Positions 37,980 to 50,352 are shown, counted from the stretch's first letter. The stretch: 64,000 nucleotides of DNA from Antedon mediterranea (GCF_964355755.1 NC_092673.1:31989648-32053647), one strand, 5' to 3'. The notes: a model not told the origin generated them from the sequence alone. A program made the numbers and translations.

Positions 37980-40283
37980 CAGTCGAGCAGCAAAGTGCTC
38001 ATTTAACCGTTAAAACGCTGTTTTTTAACTGCGCAGGTCACTGAGCATCGCCAAGTTATAGTGACTTCCGGTTCGCTTTTCACTTCGCGGCAAGCATTTT
38101 GCATGGGAATACCCTTACAAATCTGCTGCAATTTCCACCATCCGGGTTAAATTATATCTTTCTATATTTGGAAATTGTTACTCCTAATATGGAAGATTAT
38201 TCCCGCCACAAAATTTTGGTATAAATAGCCCAGGAAATGACGACAGAGCTTATTGAAGAAAAAAGTGCAGATGGAGGTGTTCGTTGAGGTAGGCTACATG
38301 ATTTATTTGTTTGGTTTCGTAGGGAATCCGGCACTTTTCTCATCAGCACGGAACCTTTATAAAAACTTAGTGGTTGGTTATTAGGTTATTAATCTATCTT
38401 TTCTGAAAGTTTAAGCTTGGTTCAGCTTGTGGGACGGATTCAATATCCGTTCAAAGCTGGGGATATATTCTAAGCAGACTCCATCTTGGATTCGTATGTT
38501 TAGTACAGGCCGTGTGGTTGAGTAAATTCAATCCTTCAAAATCACTATGTGCAATCCGTTTTTAAACCAGTTAATATACCAAAATATGTTATTAGTAGCT
38601 TTATTATTTTGGATTTGGTGCTAGTTTGGTAAATATTGCAATATAATTGTAGATTATTTGGTTGTAAAAAAATGTACCCAACTTGTAGTATTATCTAGGC
38701 CTAGGCTAGGCCTAGCCCATTTTTGACGGAAACCCAGTGCTATTTGTAGGCGGATAGAGAGGGCCGCAGGCTAGTTTTTAGTGGCATATCGCCGACTTAT
38801 TATAATCAATGTGAAGCCATATTATTATTATGTTTAAAATGTTGAATCTATATCCACTGGATTATGGATATTTAAAGAAAGGCCTAGGCCTAGACCTTTT
38901 GATTTATTTAATTAATTTAGGACTATATTACGGGAAATTCTTTGCCAAAGAAAAGAAAATACGTTGTGGCTGTTGGAGGTTTGTAAATATATGACAATAA
39001 TGTAGCCTAGGCTAGGAAGGACTGTAGGTAGGATGAGGTTATTTGGATGGTCGTACATATGATATTTATATATACAGTATTGTGTATAGTAGTGATCATG
39101 GCGACAAAATTTAGGATGACTAAATTTGACATTAAAATTATTTAACTATGAATAGCTCATTATTGGTGTTTTTTTTTCTGTCAGGTTTCTAAGAATAAAC
39201 TATCCGACTTGTGATTCATCTTGTGCTGCAAAAACAATCCTATTTTGATATTTGTAAATTGATGTACGTAACAGATGTCTTTTAAAAATAAAAAAAAAAA
39301 TTAAAATTTTTATTATCGCGATGATTTAACTCAAATATTGACATATAACTTGATATTTTAGCCTGAGCAAGATAGTTTGATAGGCATATTTTACTTCGAT
39401 GTAAATAAGATATTACATGTTATACTGTATGTAAAATACTTTTTTGTAAATAAAATTATTTAATGGTGGTTAATTTATTAACTTGTTAATTTGTTTGTTA
39501 GTTATGATGTTATACTATTAATTATTTAGTTATTTAGTAACCAAAGTGGAGTGGATTCGTGGCAGTTGCAACTTGACTGTAATATGCAAATATATAATAA
39601 TATTTACTTCTTCTTGGATAAAGTTAAACCAAAATAAGCAATAATAAAAATTAAATATTTATTTTGCCATAAAGAAAGCAAAAACTAAAAATACAGTACT
39701 ATATGTACAGTAATACCATGGACCTATAGGTCCATGGTAATACATACTGTAGTATTGAGCACCAGTAGCAGAGACGTCTGGACAATCGAATATAATCGTT
39801 ATCAGCTGTCTGGGTACCCAAGGCTAGTGCTAGAAAATGGCGAAAATTCGTGTATTCATTCGCCGTCAGCGAAATGAATCCGGCACTTTTCTCATCAGAA
39901 GCAAATCAACAAATCCTTTTATCAGTTTGTTTTGATATATAATCTGGATAATATATATTAAAATGGCCTTGGTTCAAGCATGTTTAACAGGTAAAATCAG
40001 ATTTTTTCCTACCTAGGCCCCTTAGCACTGCGGTACCCTACGCCGGGTGGGGGAACCGATCTCGGCAGTATTTCTTAAGTAGCCTATCTTTCGTAAAATC
40101 CTTAGTTGAATTTTATTAATATAAATTTAATTGTATGAATATGCTATTTAAATGTTATTGAAATTTTTTTTTGCTGCATTTTGTAATTCCGCACTACTTG
40201 CTTTATCGCGATTCCAAGATGGCGGCAATTCAAATTTTGATTGGGTAATAATTCGCGAGGTCAACCACTTTGCTGCCCGACTG
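37980..40283. mobile_element. 2.3-kb non-autonomous DNA transposon, CAGT...ACTG ends, 4-bp TSD, left arm only
   Basis: TIR cagtcgagcagcaaagtg / cactttgctgcccgactg (17/18); TSD tatg at 37976-37979 and 40284-40287; empty site visible in the right-arm LINE. Confidence 0.9.
39710..39743. other. 20-bp perfect palindrome with 7-bp TSD (P-element-like footprint)
   Basis: gtaatac-catggacctataggtccatg-gtaatac. Confidence 0.7.
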
Positions 40284-41610
40284 TATGTTGAGAACAATAC
40301 CTTATTACCGGCGTACCAATCTGCCTATCGGAAAGGTTTTAGCACAGAGACGGCTTTGGTTAAGTTAACCAATGACGTACTCTGGAATATGGAGCTGCAA
40401 AGGGTGTCTGCGCTGGTATGTATAGACTTGTCAGCCGCCTTCGACACAGTGAACCACGAAGTACTCCTCGACGTTTTGCAGAACAAATTCGGAGTGGCCA
40501 ATGCGGCATTGAACTGGTTTGATACTTACCTTCGTCCTCGATTTGCCAACGTAACAATCGGCGAAACTAACTCGGAGACAGCCAATTTGTCCTTCTCTGT
40601 ACCTCAGGGTAGTATATGCGGTCCAGTTCTATACACCATATATGCCAGCACTTTACAAGATCATATCAGTAAGTTTGATATTTCTGTGATGGGATATGCC
40701 GATGATCACTCAGTGTATGATTCATTTAATCCAAATTATAGTTCTAGTATGGAAAATACAATCACCAAATTACAAGAGTACCTCATATCCATCAACGACT
40801 GGATGAAGTCCAACAGACTAAAAATGAACGGTGAAAAAACAGAGTTCATACTATTGGGAAGCAGAGCTCAACTCCTGAAATGCGAGAAAGATCATATCAT
40901 CGTATGTCAGGACAGAATACCACGTGGTTCATCTGTAAAATACCTTGGTGTTAATATCGACGACCAGCTATCTTTCAAGAACCACATACGTGATAAATGC
41001 AGAACGATAGCTGTTAATTTATACTATATTCGTCAAATCCGCAAATTTCTCTCCAAGGACCTTTGCCAACAACTAGTTCAATCGCTCGTGCTGTCACATA
41101 TTGAATACGCCAATGCATTGTATTATGGTCTACCTGCTAATACCCTTGCTCCAATAAAGAGGTTACTGCACCAAGCTGCGAAAATAATTGTCAGGAAAGG
41201 TCGGTATGACAGTGCAACTAATGCCATGCGATCTTTGTACTGGCTTCCGATGTCTCATAGATGTCAATTCAAAATAGCATGTCTTGTATGGCGTTCGCTT
41301 AAAGGTTCCGCTCCAAGTTACCTGAGAGATATTCTTACTGTGCGGAATGTTTCTCGCAGTACTCGTTCAAGCACCAGCAATTATAACCTGACAATCCCAC
41401 GAACTAAACGAAAGACATTTGCTGACCGTTCGTTCGCCGTAGCAGGACCCAAAATTTGGAACAGATTACCAAGTCACATTAAGCACTTAGACGACTATAA
41501 TCAGTTTAAAAAACATTTAAAAGCACTATATTTCAAAGAATGTTACGATACTAATTGATGTGAAGCGCCGCTGATTATAATTAAATGTTGTATAAATGTG
41601 CGCTATACAA

Positions 41611-41648
<38 letters not shown>

Positions 41649-41734
41649 TATCTTCAAGTTTATTTCTCTTCTCATCTCATAGAAAGAAGTGCTGGACACA
41701 AATAAAGCTTTACAACAATCAGGCAAAGTATTAA

Positions 41735-43460
41735 ACCCATCAAGGCCCATGGGGTCATATTTGACCCGTCACATGACTTAGTCATGTGATTTTACTAGGC
41801 AAATGTTTTAACAAAAAAAATCACTGCAAGACCCATAGGGACAGATAAGGCACAGTTTGAGATCAACAGGAAGTCAATTGAGCCTAGAGTATTTTGTTAC
41901 AGTGTTTACACAATGGCTTCTTCAAGCAGGTAAGCATGCTTCGTTGTCTTTGGATCTTCTAAAGCCTATAACACCTAAAATATTGTGTTATTTGTTTTAA
42001 AAACTAGATAGATATTATCAATAGACTTTATAGATCATGATTATTACAAAAAATAAGTTATAAATTACTTAAATATTTTATTTGGTAGGCGTTTTAAAAA
42101 ATGGGGACATATATGTCCCTATGGCCCTCTATGTTGTGAAACATGGGTCATATATGTCCCAATGGGTCACCATGCTTGTATTGTGTTATAATTATCCAAG
42201 TTCATATGTCAATAATTTATAGAATGTTAGATCTTATTATGACTTTAAAAATACTACACCATATTATTCATTTTCAAAAAGTATTATTTTCTTATAAAAT
42301 TATTATTTTTATTGTGTCTAATTTATAATTGTCATTTTTTATTATATTTTTTTTTTTATAGTAATCGCCAACATAATTTTGCGCGGAAATCATCTTGCCG
42401 GTAGCAATCTCATGTCAGAAAAGGAAATGCAGAAAAAAAGGAAGGAGAGCATGTGACTGGAGAGTAGAAGAGTCGAGTAATGTAGTAGTTGTTAGCTGGT
42501 TGGACACAAAACGAGTAACTTTAATTTCAATTTATGCTGGCGTTGAACCAACAGACAAGGCTGGGACAAAGGGAAAAAAGAATTTTTAGAGGTTACAAGA
42601 CCATCTATTGTAAGCCGGTATAATACCCATATGGGAGGAGTTGACTTAATGGATGCTTGCATTGCCAGATACAAATATCACATCATTTCAAAGCGTTGGT
42701 ATCTGTATTTGTTTTGGCAAGGTGTGTACATAGCCCTTGTGAATGCTTGGCTTCTATATCGCCGGGAATGCAAAGAAGTAGGCGTCGCAAAGAACTCAAT
42801 TTTGAATCAAAGGAAGTTTCAAGCAATAGTTGCACAAACACTCATACAAATAAACACTAAAAAACCATGCAGACCATCAACTTCAGTTGCAGCTAATATT
42901 CAACCTGTAAAGCGTCAACAAAAACGCCCACTTGCAAACGACGATGTAAGGTTGGATAAGGTTGCCCATTGGCCACTAAAAGATGAAAAACGCCGTCGTT
43001 GTGCTATCTGTAAAGTCAACAAGACAGATACAACATTTGAAAAATGCAAAGTAGCTCTTTGCTTTACAGAGAAGAGGAATTGCTTTAGAGAATACCACAA
43101 AAATAGACTTTTCATAATTGTATCAATACAATTATAACAATAGAACAATCACAATTTTTGTTTTTTAATAAGAATTTGGATGTGTAAAATTGTAAATAGC
43201 ATAACAAATCTTTTTACTGAAACTTATGATGTGATTTTTTGATCTTTTTTTGGAAATGTCAATATTTTGTTGTTAAAAAAAATGATTTGTTGTCTATTAT
43301 AACCCATTGGGACATATATGACCCATTACCCAAAACAGGGTCAAAGGTCAAAAGGGCTCAAATTAACATATGGAACTGATTCATGTATGTGTAAAAAGTA
43401 ATACAAACTTGGTAAATATTTTTTATTAACAATAAAATTATGTTTGGGCCTTGATGGGTT
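41735..43460 (+). mobile_element. Internally deleted piggyBac element (PGBD3-like transposase 3' remnant ~42360-43137), left arm only
   Basis: TTAA at 41731-41734 and 43461-43464; TIR cccatcaaggccca / tgggccttgatggg; WLDTKRVTLIS, YNTHMGGVDLMD, KRWYLYLF, C-terminal RRRCAIC..CKVALC..RNCF..YH; empty TTAA site near 53250. Confidence 0.93.
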
Positions 43461-44902
43461 TTAATAGAGAAAGCAGATGAATTGGAATTGTTAAGACAAA
43501 CACAGAAAAAAAATTGTTGCCTCAATGGAGAGGCTACAGGTGTGTTTACCAGGTAAGATATTGTAATGTTTTGTTGAATAGTTTTTTAATACAGTAAAGT
43601 CATATGTTGTATGGGTGTAGATGTTGTGTATCTCAGTTGAAAAGTGGATGACTGAGTCGCTTAGGATTCACTGACCATACAAGGATTATAATTATTCCAA
43701 CCACTTTATGAGTGCTAGCGGTTGTGGCGTTGCGCCTTAGAACTTATCTTTTCGGAAAAAATTCTGCGCATTATAAATATGAATTGAATTGATTATTTGC
43801 AAATTTGCCAAATTATTCCACCCATCATCTACATCATTCAACTTTCTTGTTTGAGAATACAACATATGAAGTGTGTTTGACATGGGAGTTGTCAGAGGAA
43901 GTTGCTATGCTGTTGAACTTTGCACACCACCATTTGTTTAATCTGTTTGTACAGTATGACGACAAATTCATTTGTTTCATTTCAACCAATTATAATTGGA
44001 AAATAATTAATTGGTGTAATTTTAAAATTTAGTTATCCTTTAGTTGTAGAATCATTTTAAGAAACATCACATCACTTATCAAGTACACAAGTAATATTTA
44101 TACATGAATACATTCGTTTTATTGTGTTATTTATGCAGTATATTACATATTTATTTTGCTGGAGTAAAAATTTGTTTGTTTCTTTTTAAATAGTTTAATT
44201 AAAATAATTTAAACTAAATTCCATATCTGTGTTTCATTTTATGTTATGTTAGATACTGTAGATACACTAATAGAATAATATAGAATCTTCTTTTAACTCT
44301 TATAGCAGTATGAACTGAATTATGAAACATTATACCACTATTATACAGCTGACTCTTGTTTAATTTCATATTGTATGTTAATATCAAATGCTGATTGCTA
44401 GCCAGCATTCATTGAACAACCATCATATTTCAACTGGTGGTATTAAGTGTCATATTGATGAGACTGCTATTGTGTACAGAGTGTATTTATAGACTGTTAT
44501 ACAATATTGTTACCAGGGTGCTGATATTGATATCGTGAATAATGTATGAATGCTTCTTAAAATGACTGAGCCACAATGTCAAAGTTAACAACTATTGCAT
44601 GTTCAGTTTCAGTGAGAATCAATTCCGTGAATTTTGTGATCCTCAATATGTGCTTCTTAACAATAACTGAGCCACAATGTCAAAGTTAACAACTAAATAA
44701 TGCTTCTTAAAATGACACACAATGTCAAAGTTAACTGTACAATAATAGTATACATTCAGTTTTAGTGAGAATCAAATTTTCAGAAATCTGAATACAAATT
44801 GTTTCATTTGTGATCTTCCATTGTTATGAAAAATCATAAAACTAGTCATGTAATTATATAATAGTAGTAAAAGAGGTACTTCAGACCCGACCTTGGTGTA
44901 TT

Positions 44903-45199
44903 TCATAATTACGTAATAGTTATGTAATTTCCGCCAGGTGTTTCTAATGAAGGTTGTTCTTTTCATAATTACGTAATAGTTATGTAATTTCCGCCAGGTG
45001 TTTCTATTGAAGGTCATTCTTTTCCTGTTATTGTAATAATTATGTAATTTCCGCCAGGTGTTTCTAATGAAGGTCGTTCTTTTCCTGGTTTTGTAATAAT
45101 TATGTAATTTCCGCCAGGTGTTTCTAATGTAGGTCATTCTTTTCCTGGTTTCGTAATAATTAAATTATTCTTAATTAATGAATTTCCGCCAGGTGTTTC
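44903..45199 (-). repeat. 60-bp tandem array (5 cores aatttccgccaggtgtttc), left copy
   Basis: Cores at 60-bp spacing 44926, 44986, 45046, 45106 plus one at ~45181. Confidence 0.9.
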
Positions 45200-45220
45200 T
45201 TTGTCTCTTAATTATTAATT

Positions 45221-45257
45221 TTTGGCGCGAGGTTCTGGTACGTGGTGAGTGACGTCA
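45221..45257 (+). promoter_or_regulatory. E2F-like site and CRE, left copy
   Basis: tttggcgcg 45221-45229; tgacgtca 45250-45257. Confidence 0.4.
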
Positions 45258-45335
45258 TTACTTTATTTACGATTTAAGACGGTGTAACAAAGTGAATCGG
45301 TTATTGTTGTACTATTTTCCAGTTGTTTTGCCTAT

Positions 45336-46285
45336 TTTTTGAATTTTTTTAAATTTCTTTATTTAGTAATCAAGGTTAAAAAACAATAAAAACAATGCAA
45401 AAAAAGTAGAAAAAACAATTGCACAGAAACACAGGCCTTGATTACAAGGAATGCCAAGAAAAGTTAAAAACTTATTTCTACTTGGGTCCTAAAAACAAGG
45501 AACTGATAAAGAACATACAAATTACATTAAAGAATCCTTAAAAAATGGCATAAAAATATAAAAGTTTAAAAATAACAGTTTATCTAACACTTATCAAAAA
45601 TTTAATCCTAATTTACAGTTTTAAGAAAGATTTATAATAAGAGATATATACAAAAATTGATTTATTGCACTAAAGTAACAAAATTACAATTATTATTATT
45701 ATATTTATATTATTTATTCTTAATTTACAGATTACAGAAAATTATTGATTTACTGCATTATGCTAAAACCTTTTTATAATTTATTGCACATGAGAATTAA
45801 ATGTTGAGGAGATGCTTTTTTAGTGACAATTTAAAATTTTCTAATGAAATATTACTTTTAACATATAATGGTATAGCGTTCCAGGCTTTTATTGAGTTGT
45901 AATAAAAAGTTTTTTGTTCGCAGCCCTTAATTATTGGAATCCTATAATTTAAATTTGTGGCACTACGTGTCCTTCTAGAGTGGTAATCAACAATACGAAC
46001 AAAGTTACTATTTAGATACATTAGAGCAGAATTATTAAAAATTTTATATACATTGCATAAACATTTGAACTTAACTCTTTCTGGGACGTTCAGATATCCG
46101 ATTGATTTCAGCTCAGATTGACCAACATGAGATCTCGAATCTGATTGAGTAATAAATCTGAATATTTTGTTTTGAGTAGTCTGAAGCCTGAGTTTGTGAA
46201 CCTGAGAAGAGTCCTTATACCATGCTGGGGAAGCATAGTCAAAAAGATGCTGAATTAGAGCTGAAGAGAAAAGTTTCCTACTACC
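45336..46285 (-). mobile_element. 3' fragment of an L2/Crack-type LINE at the inner end of the left arm
   Basis: SALIQHLFDYASPAWY..LQTTQNKIFRFI..HSRRTRS..TFYYNSIKAWNAIP..FKLSLKKHL; A-rich tail ending ~45336. Confidence 0.75.
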
Positions 46286-48426
46286 AAATTGTGCTATTTT
46301 TTAATAATTTGTGAAACTAATTTGTATTGTTTACCGCATGTTACAATTGATGATTTCCTACAGATAATAAACCGTTTTGGTGGTTATAGTAGTATAACGT
46401 TTTAAGCAGAATCACACTCTATGAAAAACAACACATTTTAACCATGAGGTGTAGATAAAATGCAAATAAAATGAGTTGGTTTTTAAAAGTAATCATAAGT
46501 ACACTTTTTACAAAATATACGAACAACATGGAGGACTGCAAACTATACGAGTATAAACAAGTAATATAACTCTGCTAGAGAAACACTATCGATATTAACA
46601 AACGTAATTATAAACAATGAGATGGTGTAAACACCGAAAAACATAGGTTACTGTATAACAATGCAAGAAAAACTTGTTATCCCCATTATCAATTGTTTTC
46701 TCGTGTCGCTATGTTGACTTTAAAAAAAATTGTTTTATCGTAGGTCGAGTACAAATTGGCAAGGTTTAGTTGAATGGGACTCCCACACACCTCTCCCACA
46801 CTCATTCAGAGTACTGTTCTTGTTTGTTATGAGTTGTCAAGAAAAAGTAAAGATATAAAGGATTTGTGAAAAGATATTACACCTGATGAGTTAAATAATG
46901 TGTTGGCTAAAATGATGAGTGACCAACAAAATACATATCAGTAGACTTGTTACAGTACGGTACGGTACTTGCAGTATGTGCATGTGTTGCGACGCAATGC
47001 GAAACTGTTTTACAATTGGAAAACGCTAAACGCGTCTCCTGTGATGGACACAATTTAAAGTTATTATAAATTCATAACGAAAATGATTTGTTTGGTGTAT
47101 TTTCTTTTGTTTTGTCTATTATTTATATAAAAATTAATATATATTTATTAATGTGTACGTGTTTCCTTAATTTGTAATTTCCAGAAACTTCTACGCAAAT
47201 CAGTAGCTCAGTCTTGTGATTGGTTAATTGTTCTTGTATGATAAACCGTTTAAAATAGTGACGTCATGTTTTTCAGCCTAATATTGTGCCTCGATGATTT
47301 CATCAATACCACCAAAAATAAACCATTTACTGTGGAACTTTTTTTTTTAAATGGTGCTAGATTAAGGGATTTTTTCATCATCTACGGTAAATTAAAACAT
47401 TCAGAGAACTATAGGTAACAATCAATAAGAGGATATTTACAAAGAACCGTTAAAATGTAGGCCTATGCCGTTATAAGATTTAGCCTGCAAAGCGAAAAAC
47501 AAGGCCTGTAAAAAAATTAATAATGCTTATGAACAGCGGAAGATTCATAACAAGAAAAACAAAATGTCGGTAGATAAACGTGTAGAAAAAAAGTGACAAT
47601 ATTTATTAAAACCAAAGTAGTTCTAAGAATATCTAATGGCAATAACCTGCACGTAAACAAATTTCCATTTTTGGCTCCGGTTGAAGGTCTTGTTTTCTGT
47701 TAAAATGTATTAAGTGTCAAGAAATACAATTGGTAACCAAAATGTCTTTCTGTATTCGATAATTATGATTTCTCTGAGTTTGTTTGTTGTTGTTGCAATT
47801 ATGATAAAAGTAATATTAAATAATACACAGATATCGGTCATTTCTCACGATTGAATTCATAATTTTTATTTACAATACCACTTACAGTAAAACTATCGTA
47901 GATGTACATGGTCTTTATTGTAATAATATTAATCACACATATGTAGATAAATCATTGATACATGTACGAAAATATGTGCTATTATTAGTGTTATTATAAC
48001 GTGTTTTTTTTTTGTTTGTTTTTTTTGTGTTTAATCTACCAGTCCGTTTCAAACGTTACAAGTACCTATTACTCTTGAAATTACGATTAAAATGCTTTAA
48101 AGAAAAACTTACACACTTATTAAAAACATAAAAAATTGTATTTAACAATTAGAAACACATTACAAGTTACTTTTAAGAAATTATTCGTAAAGTTAATCAT
48201 TATCCACAAAAAGAAAAACAATCACATGATTATTAACGATCAATGGAATTAGGCCTAGATCTAAATGAATTAACTTCAATACAATAATACAACCATTTGT
48301 AGGAATATCATCACAAAAATAATTCAACTGGTACTACTATACTAAATGAGAACAGATCATGAACAGTTGATATTCTTGAGATCTACAATCACTATTAAAG
48401 ACTGCAATGTTTGCGTAACATTTCTC

Positions 48427-50260
48427 TCATCTTTTAATATCTCTAAACCTGAGATTTATTCTTGGTAGCTTGATGGATTGATTTTTAGGAAGTGAATGGT
48501 ACCAGTACTCATTAGTGGGATAATTCATCATTAATAATGTACCGTGTTTAAGATCAACAGTTACTGGCTCAATGATTCTTTTGGGACTCTTACCTCGCGC
48601 ATCACCATGTCGAAATCTAAACATACGTGTTTGCCCCAATGATACAGAGGCGATTGGACTAAAGTGATCCATGTCTTTCTCATCGTCTTTGTGTTCGCCA
48701 ATGTAATCACTTCCAGTAGCATATCTATAGAGTAACAACAAAATACAATAGAAAATAAGATATTTTAAGATGAGACTAAAAAACCCCAATTATCCATTAA
48801 AACAATCTTATCTAACAAATTGCAGAAATCATCCAGTATGAATACTGATAGTGTTCAATCGTTTTAGAGGTAAACTATGGACCCTTTTAATCAATAAAAA
48901 AAATAAATAAATAAAATAATAAACAAGAATAATTACCGGTTGACCAAAACAAAATTGAAGTAATGTCCTGTAGCCGATTTTAAAAGGTCGCGGAGATCTT
49001 TCAGGAATGGTGGCCACGGTAAAGCTGGTACTGTATTGCCTGAATATTTGTAAGTTAAGCCCGGATCGCTAAACGAAACCTGCAGAGAGGAAACCATACA
49101 AAGAAAGTCATTTATTATTTGGCGAGATGTAAATGAACACGCCTAAATAAAATAATTTACAGTAAAAGAGTAAATTATACCTATAGCTGCACAGTAAATA
49201 AAGAAAAACAAAGGAAACGATATACAAGTAATTAACAAGTCATTAATACAAAACCACGGATAAAAACATAATGGAACTAACCTGTTTTCTAGGAATATTA
49301 AACCACTTTCCATACACTTTCACCTTTGTAAGATCACCGGTAAAATAGTCAATCTCTTCCTCACATTTTTTAAACAAGGTATCGGCTGCTCCTTTATCAA
49401 GAAGTTGAAGGTAATCATAGTCTAAATTTTCCCCTATTATCTTTTGCACCGATAACTTATCAGGAGGTAGCAATTGATGTTCTGAATTGAATAAACGTCC
49501 TCCATTATCGTTTTTGTCAACACCCCTTCAACAGAAGCTGCATTATCATTACCAACCTCCTCAATCATCTTTTGTATTTCACCGTGTTTTTCAATTAACT
49601 TGAACCACTGACTCTTTGAAAGGTTTACACATTTTTTACCGGGTTTAAACTTTCCTCCTTCTTCAGACTGGTAATAGCGGCGAATACACACAAATTGTTC
49701 TTCTTTCCAGTTACTAACTACCACATGAATTATGTCCGAAAGTGGGATTCTTATTGCCTCCACCATGTTAATGTCTCTTTGTAAGTCTTCCAGTGACTGG
49801 AGAATTAAATTGATATTGTTAAAAAGTTTTTGCCACAGCAGAACGGGTAAATTATTACCTAGAGGTCCAGGTTTGAAGGCACCATATTCTTCCGTTTGGT
49901 AATACTCTCTGAGACAAACATAAACATCGTCACCCATCGTTGGGCCACTACATGGCGTTTTTCAGACAAGAAAATCCGATTCTTTGAAGTTATGGAAATC
50001 TTTGGTACATCATCGGTCATTACGGCAAAATCCCGGGCGCTCATTCCTGAGACTTTACTAAAACCATTACACTCATCTGTTTGACCATTAAAAGAATTCC
50101 TAGGATCCAATATATTCGCTGATGTAGAAGCAATCGTTGGTATTTTTAAACTGCTACACTCGTCAGCTTGACCATTAGAACTCCCCATAACTCTTTTCAT
50201 TGTCCTACGGGCTTTCTCACCAATTGCTAATTTCGGAGAAGGTAAACAGTTGAAACTCAT
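48427..50260 (-). CDS. ALKBH2: Tandem PC4 (Sub1/p15 ssDNA-binding) domains fused to a complete ALKBH2-like 2OG-Fe(II) dioxygenase; exons 50260-49282, 49079-48937, 48724-48427; two single-base frameshifts (~49935, ~49472) in exon 1
   Basis: PC4 repeats IFLSEKRHVVAQRW/GDDVYVCLREYY..FKPGPLGNNLPVLLWQKL and LSDIIHVVVSNWKEEQFVCIRRYY..FKPGKKCVNLSKSQWFKL; AlkB part GENLDYDY..VKVYGKWFNIPRKQ|VSFSDPGLTYKYSG..PWP..FNFVLVNR|YATGSDYIGEHKDDEK..IASVSLGQ..HGTLLMMNYPTNEYWYHSLP..RINLRFR with HxD...H and R...R intact; GT-AG introns in phase. Confidence 0.85.
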
Positions 50261-50341
50261 GTTTATAGACTGTAGAGAGTTACAGAGAGCGAAACGAATG
50301 ATCGTTGACAACTCTGAACGATTACGCTTGAATCAGATCAG

Positions 50342-50352
50342 ATATATATATA
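50342..50352 (-). promoter_or_regulatory. Putative TATA box upstream of the PC4-ALKBH2 gene
   Basis: TATATATATAT about 80-90 bp upstream of the ATG at 50260. Confidence 0.3.

Larger units (their letters stand above)
36744..41647 (+). mobile_element. 5'-truncated L2/CR1-group LINE (APE+RT) with (TAA)n tail, left copy
   Basis: GDFNIH, PTHRSGNTLDL, SDH; NYRPVSNLSFVSK, DLSAAFDTVNH, VPQGS, YADD, LYWLP; tail ends 41647. Confidence 0.92.
35483..43552 (+). pseudogene. EXOC6: Exocyst component 6 (Sec15) two-exon fragment, left copy (~35483-35622; 41683-41734 + 43465-43552, split by piggyBac)
   Basis: HLETRISEHDRDIERM*NFHHQGFVDSIGELLSVRIHAERL and KEVLDTNKALQQSGKVLIEKADELELLRQTQK../VASMERLQVCLP match EXOC6 (HDKEIEKMCNFHHQGFVDAITELLKVR; VTDTN...LQLCLP); stop and frameshift present. 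Confidence 0.82.
35282..45335 (+). repeat. Left arm of giant inverted duplication (partner 51015-61191)
   Basis: Co-linear reverse-complement identity from agaatcgca (35282 vs 61191) to ttttgcctat (45335 vs 51015), apart from arm-specific insertions. Confidence 0.95.

Noticed and set aside
41526-41750. Poly-isoleucine ORFs (also 53189-53455)
   Set aside because: Antisense reading of the LINE (TAA)n tail.
44772-45137. 121-aa ORFs (also 51213-51578) with RNTWRKLHNYY repeats
   Set aside because: Translation of a 60-bp repeat whose length is divisible by three; no other coding evidence.
46290-48400. Additional cassette genes in the left part of the spacer
   Set aside because: Only short stop-interrupted frames (e.g. 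~46528, ~46711) that I could not assign; no polymerase, capsid or integrase motif seen, so a Polinton call is not made.
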